Below, piece after piece: positions 1 to 11,795 of a stretch of 64,000 nt of DNA; positions within the stretch are counted from its first letter, which is position 1, and the number at the start of each line of letters is the position of its first letter. Where the stretch lies: NCBI GenBank assembly GCA_965112155.1, contig OZ218099.1. The stretch is one strand, 5' to 3'. Position numbers and translations under genes: made by a program. Under the pieces are notes generated by a model that saw only the letters and a program-made list of their open reading frames with translations, made no database searches and was not told the DNA's origin. This DNA comes from Podarcis liolepis (taxonomy: Eukaryota).

Positions 1-787
1 ATGAGGATGTGGGAGAGACAAGGGTGGAAAGTCACTTGGGACAACGCCATTATCTAAGAGTTCTCTCTCTGTAAAAATTGAAATAAAAAAGGACGGTAAG
101 AAACTTTTCCTTTTCTTTTTGCTTTCCTGGGCAACCAGCCAGAAGCTGCTGACAGCATCCTGCCAAATTGTCCTGAGTCAACTTTAATTGGCGGTTAGGT
201 CATAAATCATGACAGATGGCGTAGCAGGAGCCACGGGGCAGCCAGCCAATACTGATAACCGAGAAGAACCATTTCAATGGCTTTTACAACAAAATTTATT
301 GTTAAGATCACATATAGAACAATTAACCAGCACAATAAATCAAAAAAATTTGCAGAATTTCAAGGATTTCTTGGGGTACCACTTCACACTTGAGGGGGTG
401 CATATGGATCCTGCTAAGGTGCAGAGCGTAGTTTCGCGGCAGGAGCCCAAGACAAAGAAAGACCTGCAGAGGTTTGTAGCATTGGCCAAATATTACCACA
501 AGTTCATGTCAGCCTATTTGAGATTCACTACACCCCTCACGGATTGCTTGTAGGGCAAGAAGCCATTCCAGTTGACAGCTGAGGCACAACAGGCATTTGA
601 GCATCTCAAAACCTTGTTCTCTTCAGAGGTGTACCTAGCTTATACAGACCCCCACAGGGTGTTGGTCAAATAAACAGACGCCTCTGACAGAGCGGTTGGT
701 GCTGTGCTGTGAAAGGAAGACCAAGATGACCAAAGTCTTTATACTTTCCTGGGCAACCAGCTAGAAGCTGCTGACAGCATCCTAACA
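1..787 (+). mobile_element. Ty3/Gypsy LTR retrotransposon remnant (internally deleted)
   Basis: LTR 3' part with AATAAA, gag start, RT fragment FLGY...MDPAKV...LQRF, RNase H TDASDRAVGAVL, repeated LTR end gctgacagcatcctaaca. Confidence 0.85.
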
Positions 788-858
788 GCAGTGTTTGGTC
801 CACGTTAACAACATTGTATTATATATGTAAAGCCATGAATCTTCAAAGAAGCTAAGAA

Positions 859-1767
859 TCAGACACTACCACCATCACTTTTTGTAGTTAGCTGTGCCTT
901 TGTGTTCAGATCAGGCCTGAGGATGATAATGTAGCACTTGGGAAGGAAGATGCAGCCCAGAAGCCCAGCACTGGAGGCCAACATAGAGAAGATCTGCACA
1001 GCCACCATGTACTTCCCCTTGGTGCTCAGGTAGGTGGGAACAAAAGACACCCAAACACTGCAGAAGACCAGCATGCTGAAGGTGATCAGCTTGGCCTCAT
1101 TGAAGGCCCCAGGCAGCTTCCTGGCTAGGAAAGCCACCGTGAAGCAGATGGAAGCCATGAAGCCCATGTAGGACAGTGTAGAACATGGCAACAGATCCCT
1201 CATTGCATAGAAGGATGATCTCTCTAGCTTGGGAGTGCATGTCGGAGTCTGGGAAGGGTGGGGAGACTCCCAGCCAGATGGTGCAGATGACAACCTGCAT
1301 ACTGGAACAGGAAAGGACAATGGAGTTGGCCAGACTCTTTCCCAGCCATCTCCTCACCTTGTTCCCTGGCTTTGTGGCCAGGAAGGCCAGCACCACAGTG
1401 ATGGTTTTTGCCAAAACAGAAGAGACAGCAACTGAGAAGATGATGCTGAAGGCTGTTTGTCGGAGAAGACAGGTTGCTCTTCTTGGCCGGCCGATGAACA
1501 GGAAGGAGGACAAAAAGGAAAGCAAGAGGGAGCTGAGGAGGATATAGGATAAGTCCCGATTGTTAGCTTTGACTATGGGAGTTTCCTTGTATTTAACGAA
1601 GATTCCTTTCACAATGCCAGTGGTCAAGGACAAGAAGAGAGCAAAGGACACCAGGAGGATCCCCAAGGGTTCTTCATAAGTGAGAAATGTTATAGTCTTG
1701 GGGACACATTTGTCTCGCGCTTGATTTGCATGCTGATCTTCTGGGCATCTGGTGCAATGCTTTGCAT
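859..1767 (-). pseudogene. V2R: V2R-A exon 6 (7TM), frameshifted
   Basis: 909 bp versus 914 bp in paralogs; plus strand cccatgta-ggacag versus cccatgtaGCCAAggacag. Confidence 0.92.
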
Positions 1768-1945
1768 CTGAAGAGAAGAAGAAGGACTTCAGAATGACTA
1801 ACAAAATTCTTACATCCATACCTGTCTGTTTTGTGACAGAGGTTGCCATGGTGATGGAGTGTGCGTTTGAGGTGTCAGGAAAATACAGTCTTTAGCAAGG
1901 TGTGCTGGGAAGAAAAAGGTAGAGAACCAGGAGGTGCCCATTTTG

Positions 1946-3012
1946 TTTAAATATATATTTATTAAAGTTTTACATAAGATAAACAGAATAACATAGAGAC
2001 AGAGAATAAACAGCATAAAGCAAAAAAACAAAGAGAGAGAAAAAAAAGAAAAGAAAAGAAAAGAAAACATCATACGTTCCATAACTTAATTCCATTCACA
2101 TGTTTCTTGGACTTCCTCACACCTCCCTCTTTTGTATTCCCAATCCAGAATTCTATTCAACAAATTATTCCCTTTTTTCACTTATCTTAACCTCATATTG
2201 CAACATTATCTATTTTTCATCGTTTCTTCTTTAACAGATCACTTAAACCTATTCATAATGCTTTTGTTACCAAATACCATTTAGGTTCAATTCAACATCA
2301 TTTTAACATTCATTAATTTTACAATATTTCTGTAAGTAGTCTTTAAATTTCTTCCAATCTTCTTCCACCGACTCTTTTCCCTGGTCTCGGATTCTGCCAG
2401 TCATTTCCGCCAGTTCCATGTAGTCCATCACCTTCATCTGCCACTCTTCCAGGGTGGGTAGATCTTGTGTCTTCCAATACTTTGCGATGAGTATTCTTGC
2501 TGCTGTTGTTGCATACATAAAAAAGGTTCTATCCTTCTTTGGCACCAATTGGCCGACTAAGCCCAGGAGAAAGGCCTCTGGTTTCTTCAGGAAGGTATAT
2601 TTAAATACCCTTTTCATTTCATTATATATCGTCTCCCAGAAAGCCTTAATCCTTGGGCATGTCCACTGAAGGTGAAAGAATGTACTTCAGTCTCTTTGCA
2701 TTTCCAACATTTATTATCGGGGAAATGTTAAATTTTTCAAGCTTGACTGGTGTCATGTACCACCTGTACATCATTTTCATAATATTCTCTCTTAGGGCAT
2801 TACATGCCGTAAATTTCATACCTGTGGTACATAACTGTTCCCAGTCAGCTGGCATAATGTTATATCCAAGGTCTTGTGCCCATTTGTTCATAGCCGGTTT
2901 TGCTGTTTCCTCATGAGAATTCCATTTCAACAGCAAGTTATACATTCTAGACAGTATCTTTGTTTTACGATCCAACAGTTCTGTCTCCAATTTTGACTTT
3001 TCCAACTGGAAG
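1946..3012 (-). mobile_element. 5'-truncated L1-clade LINE in V2R-A intron 5
   Basis: ORF2 C-terminus (YRWYMTP, degenerate CCHC region, [11 protein letters not shown]), T-rich 3'UTR, AATAAA and short A tail; frameshifted relative to the copy in C. Confidence 0.85.
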
Positions 3013-3221
3013 CTGCTATGGTAAACAAGTCGCTCTTGATCATGTGCTAAGATCTGGACTTCTTCCATGCAGACTGAAGGTGTAAATATGCAAATAAATC
3101 ATATTTCTTAAAGCTACAGCAGTCTCCCCTGAGTCTTCAATTTTCCAAAAGAGCACAAATCCTGGGTGATCCCTGGAACCCCCTGAAATCTTGCCTCTCC
3201 CTTTCTTCTGGAGTCACCCAC

Positions 3222-3348
3222 CTTCCTGAACGGAGATTGTCCCTTCCGCACAAGGAGCACACTCATAGCAGCAAATGGGCTCTCCTTCTTTAGCAACTCT
3301 GGCATATCCAGGGGGACAGCTTTCAGTGCATCTTGAACGAGGCACGAC
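3222..3348 (-). CDS. V2R: V2R-A exon 5 (cysteine-rich domain)
   Basis: tag|[15 protein letters not shown]...[18 protein letters not shown]|gtgggt, 127 bp; this frame is not in the ORF track. Confidence 0.9.
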
Positions 3349-4339
3349 CTAAAAATAAGGAAAAGGACCACCCAAGGAGATCAGCATAAATTACAGACAT
3401 CATCTGAAGGCCCTGACTGAAAAAAATGCTCAAATAAATATCATTTTTAGAATACTGAGACCAGGTTAGAAAGCTTTAAAATGGGAGTGAGACTCTTCCA
3501 GATTTGGTAGAACTGTGGAGATCATTTTCTTTCTGAGATAAAGTTTTATTTTTAATTGTTGAACGCAAATGTTGTTGAACACAAAGGATTAAACAAACTA
3601 TGGCCTTTTAAACTGCATTTGAGATTTATTGTTCTTTTTTGTCACTGGGAAAAGGTTGCCATATTCTGGACAAAGTTGTTGAGCTTTATTTTCCCCCTTT
3701 GTAAATGTTTTGGGCTTTTCTTTGAATTTTCAATCATTTTTTAAAAAATCACTCTGCTTGCCATACGTTTGGGTTTTCCAGGACATGTTGCTGTTTCAGC
3801 AAAAAGCTGTGTCTGGGTGCCATTTCGGCAGCCAATTCCCAGATGTGTCCAAGACATCCCGGAGGAATGGCAGCCATACACTATGGTGCGTATTGTTGTG
3901 CTTTTATAAGCAGTCACCATTATTGGGCAGCTGATGAAGCCCACATGGCAGCTAGGGCCACACTGCCAATTTTGGCCCATTGATGTCCTTGTTCATCCAC
4001 TCAGAGGGATAGATGAAAATGCAAGTGTAAGAGCAGCCTCTCCACTCTTTGCCCTACTCCATCTGATTTGCTATGCAAAACAGAAAGGGAAAAACAGAGA
4101 GGGAAAACAGCAGCTGTGTACACAACCAGGAGTGGGTCTCACTCTGCATAGGGCCCACTTAGGGTTAAACTGAAAATGGCCCCTATCAGCAAATTATCAG
4201 AACTTAACAGATGTCACAGCAAGGGAACGAGGGCCAGTTGTGCCATAGTTGTTAGAGAGTTGGATGAGAACCCAGGAGACTAAGGTTCAAATTTCCAGGT
4301 AGGCATGAAGCTCCATAGAGAGAAGGTGGGATATAAGTA

Positions 4340-4581
4340 CAGTGGTACCTCAGGTTAAGTACTTAATTCGTTCCGCAGGTCCGTACTTAACGTGAAACTG
4401 TTCTTAACCTGAAGCACCACTTTAGCTAATGGGGCCTCCTGCTGCCGCCGTGCCGCCGGAGCACGATTTATGTTCTCCTCCTGAAGCAAAGTTCTTAACC
4501 CGAGGTAATATTTCTGGGTTAGCGGAGTCTGTAACCTGAAGCATATGTAACCTGAAGCGTATGTAACCTGAGGTACCACTG
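4340..4581. mobile_element. Tc1/mariner (Tigger-like) MITE in V2R-A intron 4
   Basis: TIR cagtggtacctcaggtt / aacctgaggtaccactg, TA target duplication; site empty in B and C. Confidence 0.9.
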
Positions 4582-4619
4582 TACAATAAATAAACAGATA
4601 AATGAATGAATGCAATGAC

Positions 4620-4847
4620 CTTGCTGAATTTCCCAGGCCACACAATGGCTTCTGGTTTAATGGAGAATTTTATGCCGGAGGATGCCTGTCCCTCGATGCT
4701 CCCAACTTTCCTTCTGCTGTGAGATCTATTGGGAAATACGACCCAGTTCACGATATCAAAGTTGGCAGTCAGCTCCCCATTCTGATCAGAATACATCCCT
4801 CCTATGGATGAATTCGAAATCCAAATTTCTTTCAAGAAAGTGTGAAG
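4620..4847 (-). CDS. V2R: V2R-A exon 4
   Basis: tag|LHTFLKE...[11 protein letters not shown]...WPGKFSK|gtcatt, 228 bp. Confidence 0.9.
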
Positions 4848-5658
4848 CTAGAATGGCAGAGAAAACACCAGCATTTATAAAACATGATATCCGGATTTTG
4901 TGAGAAAATGAGTAGGTGGGTATATGATTGAGCAAAGCTTTTCATGACTTTGGATATTTTGTGGGGCGTAGTCTTGTTTTTCTTGGATAATTGAGTAAGG
5001 TTCCAGACATCTTACCAGTTTTGAGAGAATGGTCCTAAATCAAGGACATTGAGGCCTCGTGTCAGCTAAAGATAACAACCTTTTGGTCATTACAACTGGT
5101 CCTTTATCAGGTTATAAATTCACAGGACATATGACTCAAATAAACAGATATAGAGGACACATCCTAGCAAGCACTTGGGAACTGTAGAAAGATAACATGC
5201 CTTTTAATTGGCTTTAACCTATCCTATTGTGATTTCAACTTTCTATGTTTTAAATAAGGGTTTCTTTAGTGATTTTTTTTTATTTTAATGTTTTTGTAAA
5301 GTGCTTTGAGGGTTTCTTCAGGAGTCAAGCAATATATGAACTAAATATAGTAATTAATTAATTAAGCTTTATGTAAGAGAATGCTCCTTAACAATTTTTC
5401 ATAGCTTATTTTGTGCTTTGAAAGATTCCTCCCAACCTTCCCAAATTATGTATTAAAAATGATTTTAATCAATTTTCAAAGTATATAAGTACCACAAAAA
5501 TAGATGAACAATTAAAAAAACTTCTTAATATGTACTACTAAAGACAGGGCATAGGAAACCTAAACATATTTAACAATAACAATGAGGTAAACTACAAAGA
5601 ATATAAAATCTGAAACGGATTCCAGAGAGCATTTGCAAAAAAAGGGGAGAGGACAGAC

Positions 5659-6474
5659 CTTCCATGGCTGCAACCTTTGAAGTTCCAATCTGTTTCCTCC
5701 ACTCGCCATTAACATCCATTTGGATCTGGATGAATATGCAACATTTAAGGCCTGGGCCACAAACTGGACACCGTAGTAAGTGCTGTAGCGGTCTTGAGAC
5801 CAGATTTCCCCCATCTCCTCCTGGGACAATGCTTCCAGTGGTTCCTTTTCTGTGCATCTTGTCCAACCCTCCACGGATAGCACACTGTTTGAACATGTAC
5901 AACTGAATGCTCTTGACCAAAACTGTGCAGCTGCAGCTTTAGCTTCAAATGAAAGTGGAGTATAGTAGCCATGTTCTGTCCGTTTTTTGGTATTCATTAC
6001 AAAGGACAAAGAACCTTGGGCAGGCTGGAAGTAATCTGTGCCACCAAACAACATCTCATCAATGTCCAGAAGATCTGTTGTGATCCAGAGTATCCCTTGA
6101 GTTTTCCTCACTTCATGAATTCTTTGTAACATCATAATTGGATAAATTCTGTGCTCAGAGTCCCCATAATAAACAAACACCTTGACTTGTCTCAAGGCAG
6201 ATACATTAAAATGCAAGTATGAGAGTTTCAGAAGATTAATTTTTTCCAAGAAAGCAACACAAATCTCACTCCGGATCAGCAGAAGGGTGAAGGCTCTTAG
6301 GAACCTTTCTCCATTGTCATTGTCTGGAACAAAGAGACCGATCCATGTCCACCCGAAATGGAGCAGCAACTTGACAATCCCCATGTACTGTGTTTCTTCT
6401 TTGGGGACTATCCGGTAGATAAAAGGGAACTGGGTTTTGTCATTCAGATCATGAGCAGCTGAGCCAAAACTGAT
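5659..6474 (-). CDS. V2R: V2R-A exon 3 (Venus flytrap)
   Basis: tag|ISFGS...QPWK|gtctgt, 816 bp open. Confidence 0.9.
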
Positions 6475-7140
6475 CTAGTATGAAAAGGATTGGTGTCAGG
6501 GTTTCAGGAATACACAAGAAAGGCCTCACTGCATGACCAGGCCAAAGGCCCATCTTCTCACAGTAGCTAACCAGAGGCTTATGGGATGCATGCCATGCCT
6601 CTGATGGAGGAATCCTGTTCAGTGGAGGACCTGGAGCTTACAGAGAAGGAAGTGGCTCCATTGGACGCTGAGACAGACCAGGGCATCTGGGGCCCTCAGG
6701 GGTCATGGCACATCAACCTCTTCCTAGAGTCACAATGCAAAGAATGAGAGGCAGATGCTAAACAGCAATGCTTTTTTCCTAAAAAATATGTTTAGTGGTA
6801 CTCTCGCTTCCATCATATACTCAGTCTGGAGGAGTGCAAGCACTTAAACCTTTGTGTTCATTTAGCTGCCAGACAGCCACTGGTCTTCCTGAGAAACAAG
6901 AACTCCTTAGCAGCCAGGGGCTACTGTCAACTACATCTTCCTATTGACAGTTTGGGGAAGGAGACAGAAAGAGGCTGAGGGTTTTCTAAATTGCTTTCCA
7001 CATTCTTAAAATGTGATTCCCCGCCCCCTTTGGTCTCTTTGTTTAGAAACTTCTGGGGGCATGAAGGGGTTCCTCACCACTGTTGGAGAGACAGCAAAGA
7101 GGAAGGAAACATAACTGATCTCTTCCCTTCCAATTCCTAC

Positions 7141-7411
7141 CTGGGGCATTTTGTAGATGCCCAACATGCTTGAAAACTGGCTGGGGATTTCAGAAGAAGT
7201 TGCTTCAAAAACAGCCAACACTTTATTCTGTCTTTCACAGCTGTAGTTTGGAATACTTTCTAGCATGGCATCGGCAGTTGTTCTGACATCAAAAGCGGCC
7301 TCATAGATGCTATAGCCCAGGGTGACATTGGCTAAATGCTTAAGATGCCGGGTGATCTCCTGGGTTGCAAACAAGATGGAGAGGACTGGTGAGGTGTCCT
7401 TTGCTGACCAA
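7141..7411 (-). CDS. V2R: V2R-A exon 2
   Basis: Acceptor tttgcag|T TGG; [21 protein letters not shown]|gtagga. Confidence 0.9.
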
Positions 7412-8311
7412 CTGCAAATAAATGAATAAACGAAAAATCGTTTTAGCCTTCCATTCTCCATTAAATGAAAACAACTCCTTGCTCTATACAAGTTATATCT
7501 AACGGGAAACTCTGCAGCTAGGAAGGAGCAGAATCTTGCCCAGATCCAACAACAAAGAAAGGAGTAGCATTTAGGAGAGCTTGAGCTGGGGTGAATTAGA
7601 TTGCAATTTAGAGTTCCTTAAGTTGGCAAGAACTATTTACAAGATGAGAAGATATGAAAGAGAGAAATGCCCTCTTTTGGGCTACCCACCTTAACTTCTG
7701 AGTCTGGTGGAACTACCTTGTAAGATTCCTATACTGATTTGAGTGTTCCAGCGAGTCTGTAGGGAAGGAGGTGGTCACCTTACATTCCGATTTTTACACT
7801 TTCTTTGATCCCCAATTGCAAGATTAGCATGATGCAATCCAAATACACCCAACACCAAATGAGACATTTACGTTAGACAGTTCTGTTGGGAACAGGGGAA
7901 GCTCTGCAAAGGGATGTAATTATTGACCAGGAAGAAACACCCTTTTTGCATAAAAATATATTAAAAAGCCAAATTTTCCTTTAATGTGTTATCTTTATAT
8001 GGAGCAGTTAAGAAAGAGCTTCCCAGGAAGAAGGACATGAGATGATCAATTGTGCTTTAGATGCTGCCCTTGTATTAAGGAAACTGTAGCCCCAAAAAGG
8101 GAAAGGATTCAGAATTAAACTCTCTTTTTGCAGGATATTAAGGGGTCACTGGGTACTTCAATGCTGACTTTCAATCCCCAAATCTAATTCGAAAGGCAAT
8201 AGGGGGGCAATGGAGAGAGAAAGTTTAATTAGGGATGGGCAGAAATTAGATGCTGTCTCTGGAAAACAGCAATAAATGTGAATAGAGGTTGGGTAACATA
8301 AAGTTGCTTAC

Positions 8312-8523
8312 GTCTTAACAGTGTTTTCGGGATGCCGGAAAAAGTTGAATGGGTAAGTTCTATAAGATGCTGGAAATATGACCTGACTAATGAGGTGGTC
8401 TCCTGGCCTGTAATAATTCAACGGATCAGATTCCGTATATAGGTTCAATGGGCATTTTGCTTTCAGCATCCTACTGGCTCCATAGGGCATAAGCAGCACA
8501 AATAGCAGCAGCATAAATATCAT
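8312..8523 (-). CDS. V2R: V2R-A exon 1 (signal peptide)
   Basis: [15 protein letters not shown]...YYRPGDHLI; donor AC|gtaagc, phase 2. Confidence 0.85.
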
Positions 8524-9354
8524 CCTGACTATGCCTGCAAGAGTCGTACACTCTTATGAAAGAAGTAACATTAGAAGCACAGCTGGACTCCTACAGTAGC
8601 TTCAGAAGCAAAGGTAGAAAAAGGAAACCTCCCACCGAAATGAGCACTGCCTGCCTCAAATCTCCCAGGTCCGGCTTCTGATATTTATGACCCAGTCCTT
8701 CTTGCAGGCTTGTGACAATAAGTTATCTGATGCTGCCTGTGATTCTGATGTTTTGTTATTTGTGGACTCCAAGGCCATCGTTGGGGAAATCCCTGGACTA
8801 GATAAACAAATCACCATGATTTTGATAATTATAAGGTTAAGAAGGTCCACCTCCTCTGCAACTCCCTGGAATCGGTGTGTGACTCAATGGGCAGCTGCAG
8901 AGCCAGAGCAAAACATGTTTGTGAGAACTCAAAGACGGGGCTGTCAATCTGGGCCCTTCTAAACTTGAGGAAACATTGACCAGTAAAGTCCAAGAAACTA
9001 TAGAATAGCTATGATGGACCAAGGCGGGACATGATAGAGGTTTATAAGCATGCTGTGGGTAATATGGATAGGAAAAAGTTTTCTTCCTTCCCAGTAATAA
9101 TACTAGAACTTTGGACTTTAAGTGAGAATTTAAACCCTTGTGTCCTAGGCCCCTGTCCAACTCCCTGATCACTACACCACACTGCCTCAGAACTATAGAT
9201 TCATCGGCATCCAATGGAGGTCTCTAACACAGAGATAAGTCATGAGATACTCACTTGAGCTAATAGAAGTTCGGGTTCATGAGACAACCCAACCAGCTGA
9301 CTGGTCCATTGGCTTTATGCAGTAGCAACAATATCTGGCCGTGGCTTAGTAATA

Positions 9355-9569
9355 CAGTGGTACCTCGGGTTACAGACGCTTCAGGTTACAGACTCTGCTA
9401 ACCCAGAAATAGTACCTCAGGTTAAGAACTTTGCTTCAGGATGAGAACAAAAATCGCACAGCGGCAGCAGGAGGCCCTATTAGCTAAAGTGGTACCTCAG
9501 GTTAAGAACAGTTTCAGGTTAAGAAAGGACCTCCAGAACGAATTAAGTTCTTAACCTGAGGTACCACTG
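9355..9569. mobile_element. Tc1/mariner MITE upstream of V2R-A
   Basis: TIR cagtggtacctc, TA duplication. Confidence 0.9.
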
Positions 9570-10605
9570 TATATTAGCAGCCGGCTAGAGATTCAATTCA
9601 ATTTGGCTTCCAATGAAGCTGAATGTTGGAAGAGTCAGGACAGAGAAATCTCTTATAGACCTTGAAGATTGCTCCTTCCCTGGAAGAATTTCAATCATAC
9701 ATAGTTGGGCAGAGGAAGGCTATTAACATCAGTGTTATCTATGGTGTCCAGTATGTAACAATCCATTATACATTCAAGAACAGTGTGTTTTACTGCAGGT
9801 GGTAGTGGAGTTTGGGGCAGATTCTTGAAGATGTGGAACCTTCTGAAGTGACTTTCACTGCTTGCAAATGAGGCCTTCAGCTGTTGAGGTTCTATTGCTC
9901 TTTGAACCACTGGGGAAATTGTTTTTTGTAAGAACTCACTGATGGGCCTGTCAATCTGTGTACGTGTAAAAGGTTCCTGTGAAGTCAACAGTGCAATCCT
10001 AGCATCTCTGCTCAGAATTCCCATTCAGTTTAGTGGGCCATCCTCCCAAGTAAGTAGCTATTGGATTTGCAGCCAAAAGGGTTGGGAGGAGGTTCTTCAC
10101 CACTTACAGTGCAAAGCTACTCACTGAAATGATCAAACATGAAAGTGAAAAGAGACTGAAGGATCATCAGTGTCTGCGAATGACCCTGCTGGATGAACCT
10201 GGTGTTCCATTTCTCAAGGATCTTCTGATGGGACTGTCACTGCTTGCAATAGAACTGACAAATCGTAGAGTTGGAAGGGACCCTGAGGATCATGTGGTAT
10301 AAACTTCTGCAATGCAGGAATATGCAGCTGATGAGCTTGTTAGGCGCCGAAGTCCAGCTGGTCTTTGAAACACAAATAACCTACCTTTATCAGCACTTGT
10401 TATTCCTAATAAGTGGACTTATTCAGCAGCTGTTTCATCCGGGTAAAGGAGGGATGAGACTACATGGCCTTTACATTGACTTTCCTGATCTCCTTTTCCC
10501 TCCCAGTCCACTTTTCTGTTGTGTCTCTTAGATTGTGAGCTGAGGCAGCATCTGTCTTCTCCTTGATATTTGTGGAGCAGGATTAGAATGCCAATAATGA
10601 TTAAG

Positions 10606-10646
<41 letters not shown>
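10606..10646. repeat. (CA)n microsatellite
   Basis: About 20 CA units. Confidence 0.95.
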
Positions 10647-10647
<1 letters not shown>

Positions 10648-11427
10648 AACCTCTTTTAAAAAACGTTTTTTGGGGGGACACACAATAAAGGTTTGAAAAT
10701 CTTTCTGTTGCCTTACAGTGCCTAACATGTTAAGTTTTGTTTGGTTTTAGGTTGCATTGCCTATTGATGTTCTGTGAGATAAATCCTCTCACCCCTGAGT
10801 GCAGACAGGAAACAGTGATCCTTTTTCCACACAGGCAGGAGCATAAATAGCGGGGGTGGGGGGTGGGGAGAATAAGCGTACCTTCAGGGAGGGATAGCTA
10901 ATCCAAGCTGTTCTCATTTCAGGCTATAAGCACTCTGCACATGCTCACGTACTTGTTATTTGTTTGTATGCTCTAGGGCGGAGCCATGACTCCAATTCAA
11001 GCATGGCATCAGCCAGGCAGGGGTCTGAAAGCAAGTAATTTGGGACTTTTTGGTGGGAGGCGACAAACCGAGTTAATAAACCTAACCAAGCCTTGGATGG
11101 AGTTGCTGGATAGTTAAACAGTGTCTCCACACAAAACACACATTCTGCTTCAGGAAAGGAGCCAGTTTCAGGAAACACATCTTCCACCACCATCACTGTC
11201 TTTGCATGCTAGGAGAAGCTTTCCCAATGGGATTTCTGCTTCTGGAGCACATGAAGAGCTAATCAGATTATAGACCCACTAGATGTGTAAAATAAATGAA
11301 ACAGCACCATTGTGTTTTCATTGATTTTTTAAAAACAGCAACAACTATTTTAATATTTATACCCCACCCACAACAAGAGCTGTTTGAAGAATCACTGTGT
11401 CGTCTGATATGTTCACCCACAACTTAA

Positions 11428-11795
11428 CACACGAAAGCTTATACGGAGAACAAACTTAGTTGGTCTCTAAGGTACTACTGGACATTTTAAAAAAAAATTA
11501 TTTATTTATTTCAACTGCTTCAGAACAACATGGCTACCTACCTGAATGCAGTAGTCCAAGTGGGAGATAACTAGAGCATGCACTACTCTGGCAAGACAGT
11601 CTGTGGGTATGTAGGGTCTCAGACGGCCTACCAGATGGAGCTCAATCTGTTGGCCACCATACATCCTCCAACCATATCCAGATACTACACAGGACCTTCA
11701 CCCCCTTCACTGGTTCCGACTTAAAAGAGAGGTAGAGCTGTGTATCGTCTGCACACTGGTAAACACTCAGCCCAACCCCCCTGATGATCTCCATA
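11428..11795. mobile_element. Penelope-type 3' end plus L2 RT fragment (paralogous at about 24410-25260, 36183-36545, 52735-53097)
   Basis: cacgaaagcttata...ttagttggtctctaaggtactactgg motif followed by a minus-strand L2 piece containing the ADDTQLY region. Confidence 0.55.

Larger units (their letters stand above)
859..8523 (-). pseudogene. V2R: V2R gene A (vomeronasal type-2 receptor), frameshifted in exon 6
   Basis: Six exons with GT-AG boundaries read from the sequence: 8523-8312, 7411-7141, 6474-5659, 4847-4620, 3348-3222, 1767-859. Signal peptide, Venus-flytrap motifs ([14 protein letters not shown]), Cys-rich CCYECAPC, 7TM ([24 protein letters not shown]). A 5-bp deletion at about 1170 splits exon 6 into ORFs 1097-1849 and 859-1320. 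Confidence 0.93.

Noticed and set aside
209-553. 114-aa ORF repeated at 26311 as a possible novel gene
   Set aside because: A gag-RT fusion created by internal deletion of a Gypsy element; the frame is broken in other copies.
1185-1547. Recurrent ~120-aa ORFs ([10 protein letters not shown]...) opposite every exon 6, and similar shadow ORFs opposite exons 3 and 4
   Set aside because: Antisense or alternate-frame shadows of the V2R coding sequence; they recur only because the exons are recent duplicates.
3114-3371. ORF-track proteins over exon 5 ([15 protein letters not shown]...)
   Set aside because: Wrong frame; the splice-phase-consistent frame encodes the Cys-rich domain.
8837-9214. 125-aa ORF present in three units
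   Set aside because: Starts at a non-ATG codon, runs through a SINE head and promoter sequence, and is broken in B and D.
10419-10728. ORFs with CVCVCV repeats
   Set aside because: Translation of the (CA)n microsatellite.
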